Notes under the pieces: model-generated | The model's database searches: none | What the model was told of the DNA's origin: nothing | What the model saw: only the letters and a program-made list of their open reading frames with translations | Part shown: positions 48,680-51,602 of the stretch, piece by piece | How the letters are laid out: every line of letters starts with the position of its first letter | Position numbering within the stretch: position 1 is the stretch's first letter | DNA from: Octopus bimaculoides | Taxonomy: Eukaryota | DNA: 51,602 nt | Direction of reading: 5' to 3' | Assembly: GCF_001194135.2 (NCBI RefSeq) | Contig: NC_069004.1 | Span: 26,928,874-26,980,475 of the forward strand | Program-made: the position numbers and the translations under genes

Positions 48680-49149
48680 ATTCTGTGCTGCATCTCAGAG
48701 ATGCAATTGATAACATAAACAATTATTTAAAAAAAAACATTAAAGGCCAACAAATTGTTTCGACCTATGTACATTTTCTGAGATATATGTACACAATAAC
48801 AGTTCCCTTATATATAAGTCACTTCAGGCTTATGGTTAAAAGATAGACGAAATTCCTTGTGAAATTCACTTCATTACATCTCAAACACATACCAATCGAA
48901 ACTCGCTCATGTCCAAGATATTCCCTCATCACCACAACATACAACAATAAGATAGGTATGTATATATATGTATGTAATTAAGTATCTAATTCTTCCCCTA
49001 TGTATAACTGCAACAAAATATATAAAGAATTACATCTTCAATACAACAACTCCTTATTCAAATTAATTTATATCAAAAAAATTATTGTTTAAATTAACTA
49101 ATAATAATTTTCTATATTTATTGTTTTCTAAGAGGGATAATTTCGTTGT

Positions 49150-49600
49150 AGATACGAATAGAAACCTAATAAAAATTTTCCTTTACTTAATTTATCGTAG
49201 GGAGAATTCCGTAATAAACATTATTATAAACTTAAGGCTGAAAATGTGATAACCAAAGTACCCCATAGATATATATTTAAGCTACAGTAATGGAAATAAA
49301 ATTTACTAAGTTTTTAGGGGTAACCAAATTGGAATAGTTACTAAAATAATGATTGCTATTTGTATATTATGGAAAGGAGAATTTAGTGAATCGATAGAAA
49401 TCATTAATATAAACCAAACAAGTATTAAGGACTGTTCTCAATGAACTAATCAATATTATTGTTTACAAATTGAAGGACCATATATAGTGCATATTCAAAC
49501 TCTATCAATGCTTTCAGAAGTAACTAACAAGATTGTTGTAATAAGAATATAATTTATAAATTATACAATACTATAATAATTACTATTTTGGTTATTAAAT
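49150..49600 (+). mobile_element. Possible very old Penelope-like RT remnant
   Basis: EFRNKHYYKLKAENVITKVPHRYIF (cf. F.FN..HY.Q..G..MGT..AP.YA.IF) followed by IAICILWKGEFSESIEIININQTSIK (cf. DDIF..W.G....F...IN..H.SIKF). The catalytic DD is not retained. Confidence 0.3.
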
Positions 49601-50870
49601 TTATTTAGTAAGTCAAATAAAACTATTTTTTATTATCATTATTATTATTATAATTATCTTCAATTAATTGATAAATGAAATAAGTATATTTATACACCCA
49701 TTCATTTAATGAAGACATCTTATTTGTGATATATAATTAATATTAAATACTAATGTAATGATAAATTTAACAGAAAGTACAAGAATATGCACTAAAATGA
49801 AGAAATTCAGAATTGGTCCACTAATAATGAATTTTCGAAATTAAGTTATTGTATAGATTCAGATAACAAAATTCAAATATATACATATCTACACACATAC
49901 ACATGTCGTTATGTACATGTATGTGTTTGAGGAGATAATTCTAAACAAATTTTTAGATACTGAAAACCTGTTCTAATCCTTTTGTTATTAATTATTTTAT
50001 AAAATTTATGTTCGATTTGTTCGACTAAAGGCGGTACTCCAGCATGGCATCAGTCAAATGACTGAAACAAGTAAAAGAATAAAAGAATATATATATATAT
50101 ATATCATTTCTATTATTTCTATTATTTTGGTCGAATGTATATTTTTCAATATCTATTTTTGATTACAAGAGATGCTTCTTTTGGTCAGAGTATCTTATCT
50201 CCAGTTGTTTCAGATGCCAAGATATAAACATTTGCCAAAGTGTAGCGCAAGGGTTTTGCCATGGAATGGTGAAACTATTTTTTTGCTTTCTGAAAAAGCG
50301 ACGATTTGGGCTTATAACATTTTTGCATAATATGTAGTCGTTTTATTATTTTAATANNNNNNNNNNNNNNNNNNNNNNNNNNNNNNNNNNNNNNNNNNNN
50401 NNNNNNNNNNNNNNNNNNNNNNNNNNNNNNNNNNNNNNNNNNNNNNNNNNNNNNNNNNNNNNNNNNNNNNNNNNNNNNNNNNNNNNNNNNNNNNNNNNNN
50501 NNNNNNNNNNNNNNNNNNNNNNNNNNNNNNNNNNNNNNNNNNNNNNNNNNNNNNNNNNNNNNNNNNNNNNNNNNNNNNNNNNNNNNNNNNNNNNNNNNNN
50601 NNNNNNNNNNNNNNNNNNNNNNNNNNNNNNNNNNNNNNNNNNNNNNNNNNNNNNNNNNNNNNNNNNNNNNNNNNNNNNNNNNNNNNNNNNNNNNNNNNNN
50701 NNNNNNNNNNNNNNNNNNNNNNNNNNNNNNNNNNNNNNNNNNNNNNNNNNNNNNNNNNNNNNNNNNNNNNNNNNNNNNNNNNNNNNNNNNNNNNNNNNNN
50801 NNNNNNNNNNNNNNNNNNNNNNNNNNNNNNNNNNNNNNNNNNNNNNNNNNNNNNNNNNNNNNNNNNNNNN

Positions 50871-50913
<43 letters not shown>

Positions 50914-50914
50914 A

Positions 50915-51122
50915 TATATATATTCTTTTATATGTTTTAGTCATTAGACTGCGACCATGCTGGAGCATCGCCTTTAGTCGAACAAATCGACTACAGGACT
51001 TATTCTTTGTAAGCCTAGTACTTATTCTATCGGATTCTTTTGCCGAACCGCTAAGTTACGGGGACCTAAACAGTCCAACGCCGGTTGTCAAGTGATGGTG
51101 GGGTGATAGACACAGACACAAT

Positions 51123-51173
<51 letters not shown>

Positions 51174-51277
51174 CATATATATACGATGGGCTTCTTTCAG
51201 TTTCCGTCTACGAAATCCACTCACAAGGCTTTTGTCGGCCCTAGGCTATAGTAGAAGACAAGGTGCTACGCAGTGGG
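50915..51277 (-). mobile_element. SINE family B, head truncated, internal CA/TA microsatellite
   Basis: gtcattagactgcgaccatgctggagcatcgcc...cttctttcagtttccgtctacgaaatccactcacaaggctttt. Confidence 0.85.
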
Positions 51278-51384
51278 TCATGTGTGTGTGTGTGAGAGAG
51301 AGAGAGATAGGGGGGAGGGAGGGAGAGAGGGAGTGAGGGAGAGAGTATAGATATGTATGTGTGATGTTTCTTATTAAGTCTGGT

Positions 51385-51520
51385 TACTTGTTTTCGTCAA
51401 CTGAGTGAAATGGAGCAAAAGTGAAATGATGTGCTTTGCTCAAGAATACAACGCTTCACCCGATTTCGAAACCACAATCTTCCTATCATGAACCCAACAG
51501 CTTAACCACTAGGAGACATA
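51385..51520 (-). mobile_element. SINE family C 5' part
   Basis: gtgaaatgatgtgctttgctcaagaatacaacgc...ttcgaaaccacaatcttcctatcatgaacccaacagcttaaccactag is the reverse complement of a head similar to 13205-13325. Confidence 0.6.
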
Positions 51521-51571
51521 CTTTCGCACATACATACGCTATACGTATAACTATAAATGTATACGTGTATT

Positions 51572-51602
<31 letters not shown>

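Noticed and set aside
49050-49850. Possible NUMT (very AT-rich, hydrophobic-looking frames)
   Set aside because: I could not match it to any mitochondrial gene; weak PLE RT motifs explain it better.

Overview
Eukaryotic, AT-rich, repeat-saturated genomic DNA. It is probably a large intron or intergenic region of an octopod cephalopod; this is inferred from recalled SINE families and the extreme microsatellite load and was not database-checked. About 8 kb lies in 20 N-gaps, most of them abutting microsatellites. I cannot support any intact host protein-coding gene. Almost all ORFs in the supplied track are microsatellite or N artefacts, and those with real protein signal are decayed transposon fragments. 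Recognisable content: (i) at least four tRNA-derived SINE families (here A-D) in more than 25 copies; (ii) 3' fragments of non-LTR retroelements from several clades (Tx1/L1-like x3, CRE-like RLE, R4/Dong-like RLE, CR1-group, Penelope-like); (iii) DNA-transposon relics (hAT transposase, two Tc1/mariner deletion derivatives, a foldback MITE); (iv) a probable internally deleted Gypsy-type LTR element. The most interesting signals are four minimal hammerhead-ribozyme-like motifs, three with short palindromic stem III, including a tandem pair and a G3:C8 core-swapped variant. Next are a CR1-group LINE whose 3' tail matches the tail of the most abundant SINE (candidate LINE/SINE partnership) and an R4/Dong-like fragment embedded in an (AAT)n microsatellite. 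All alignments were done by eye.
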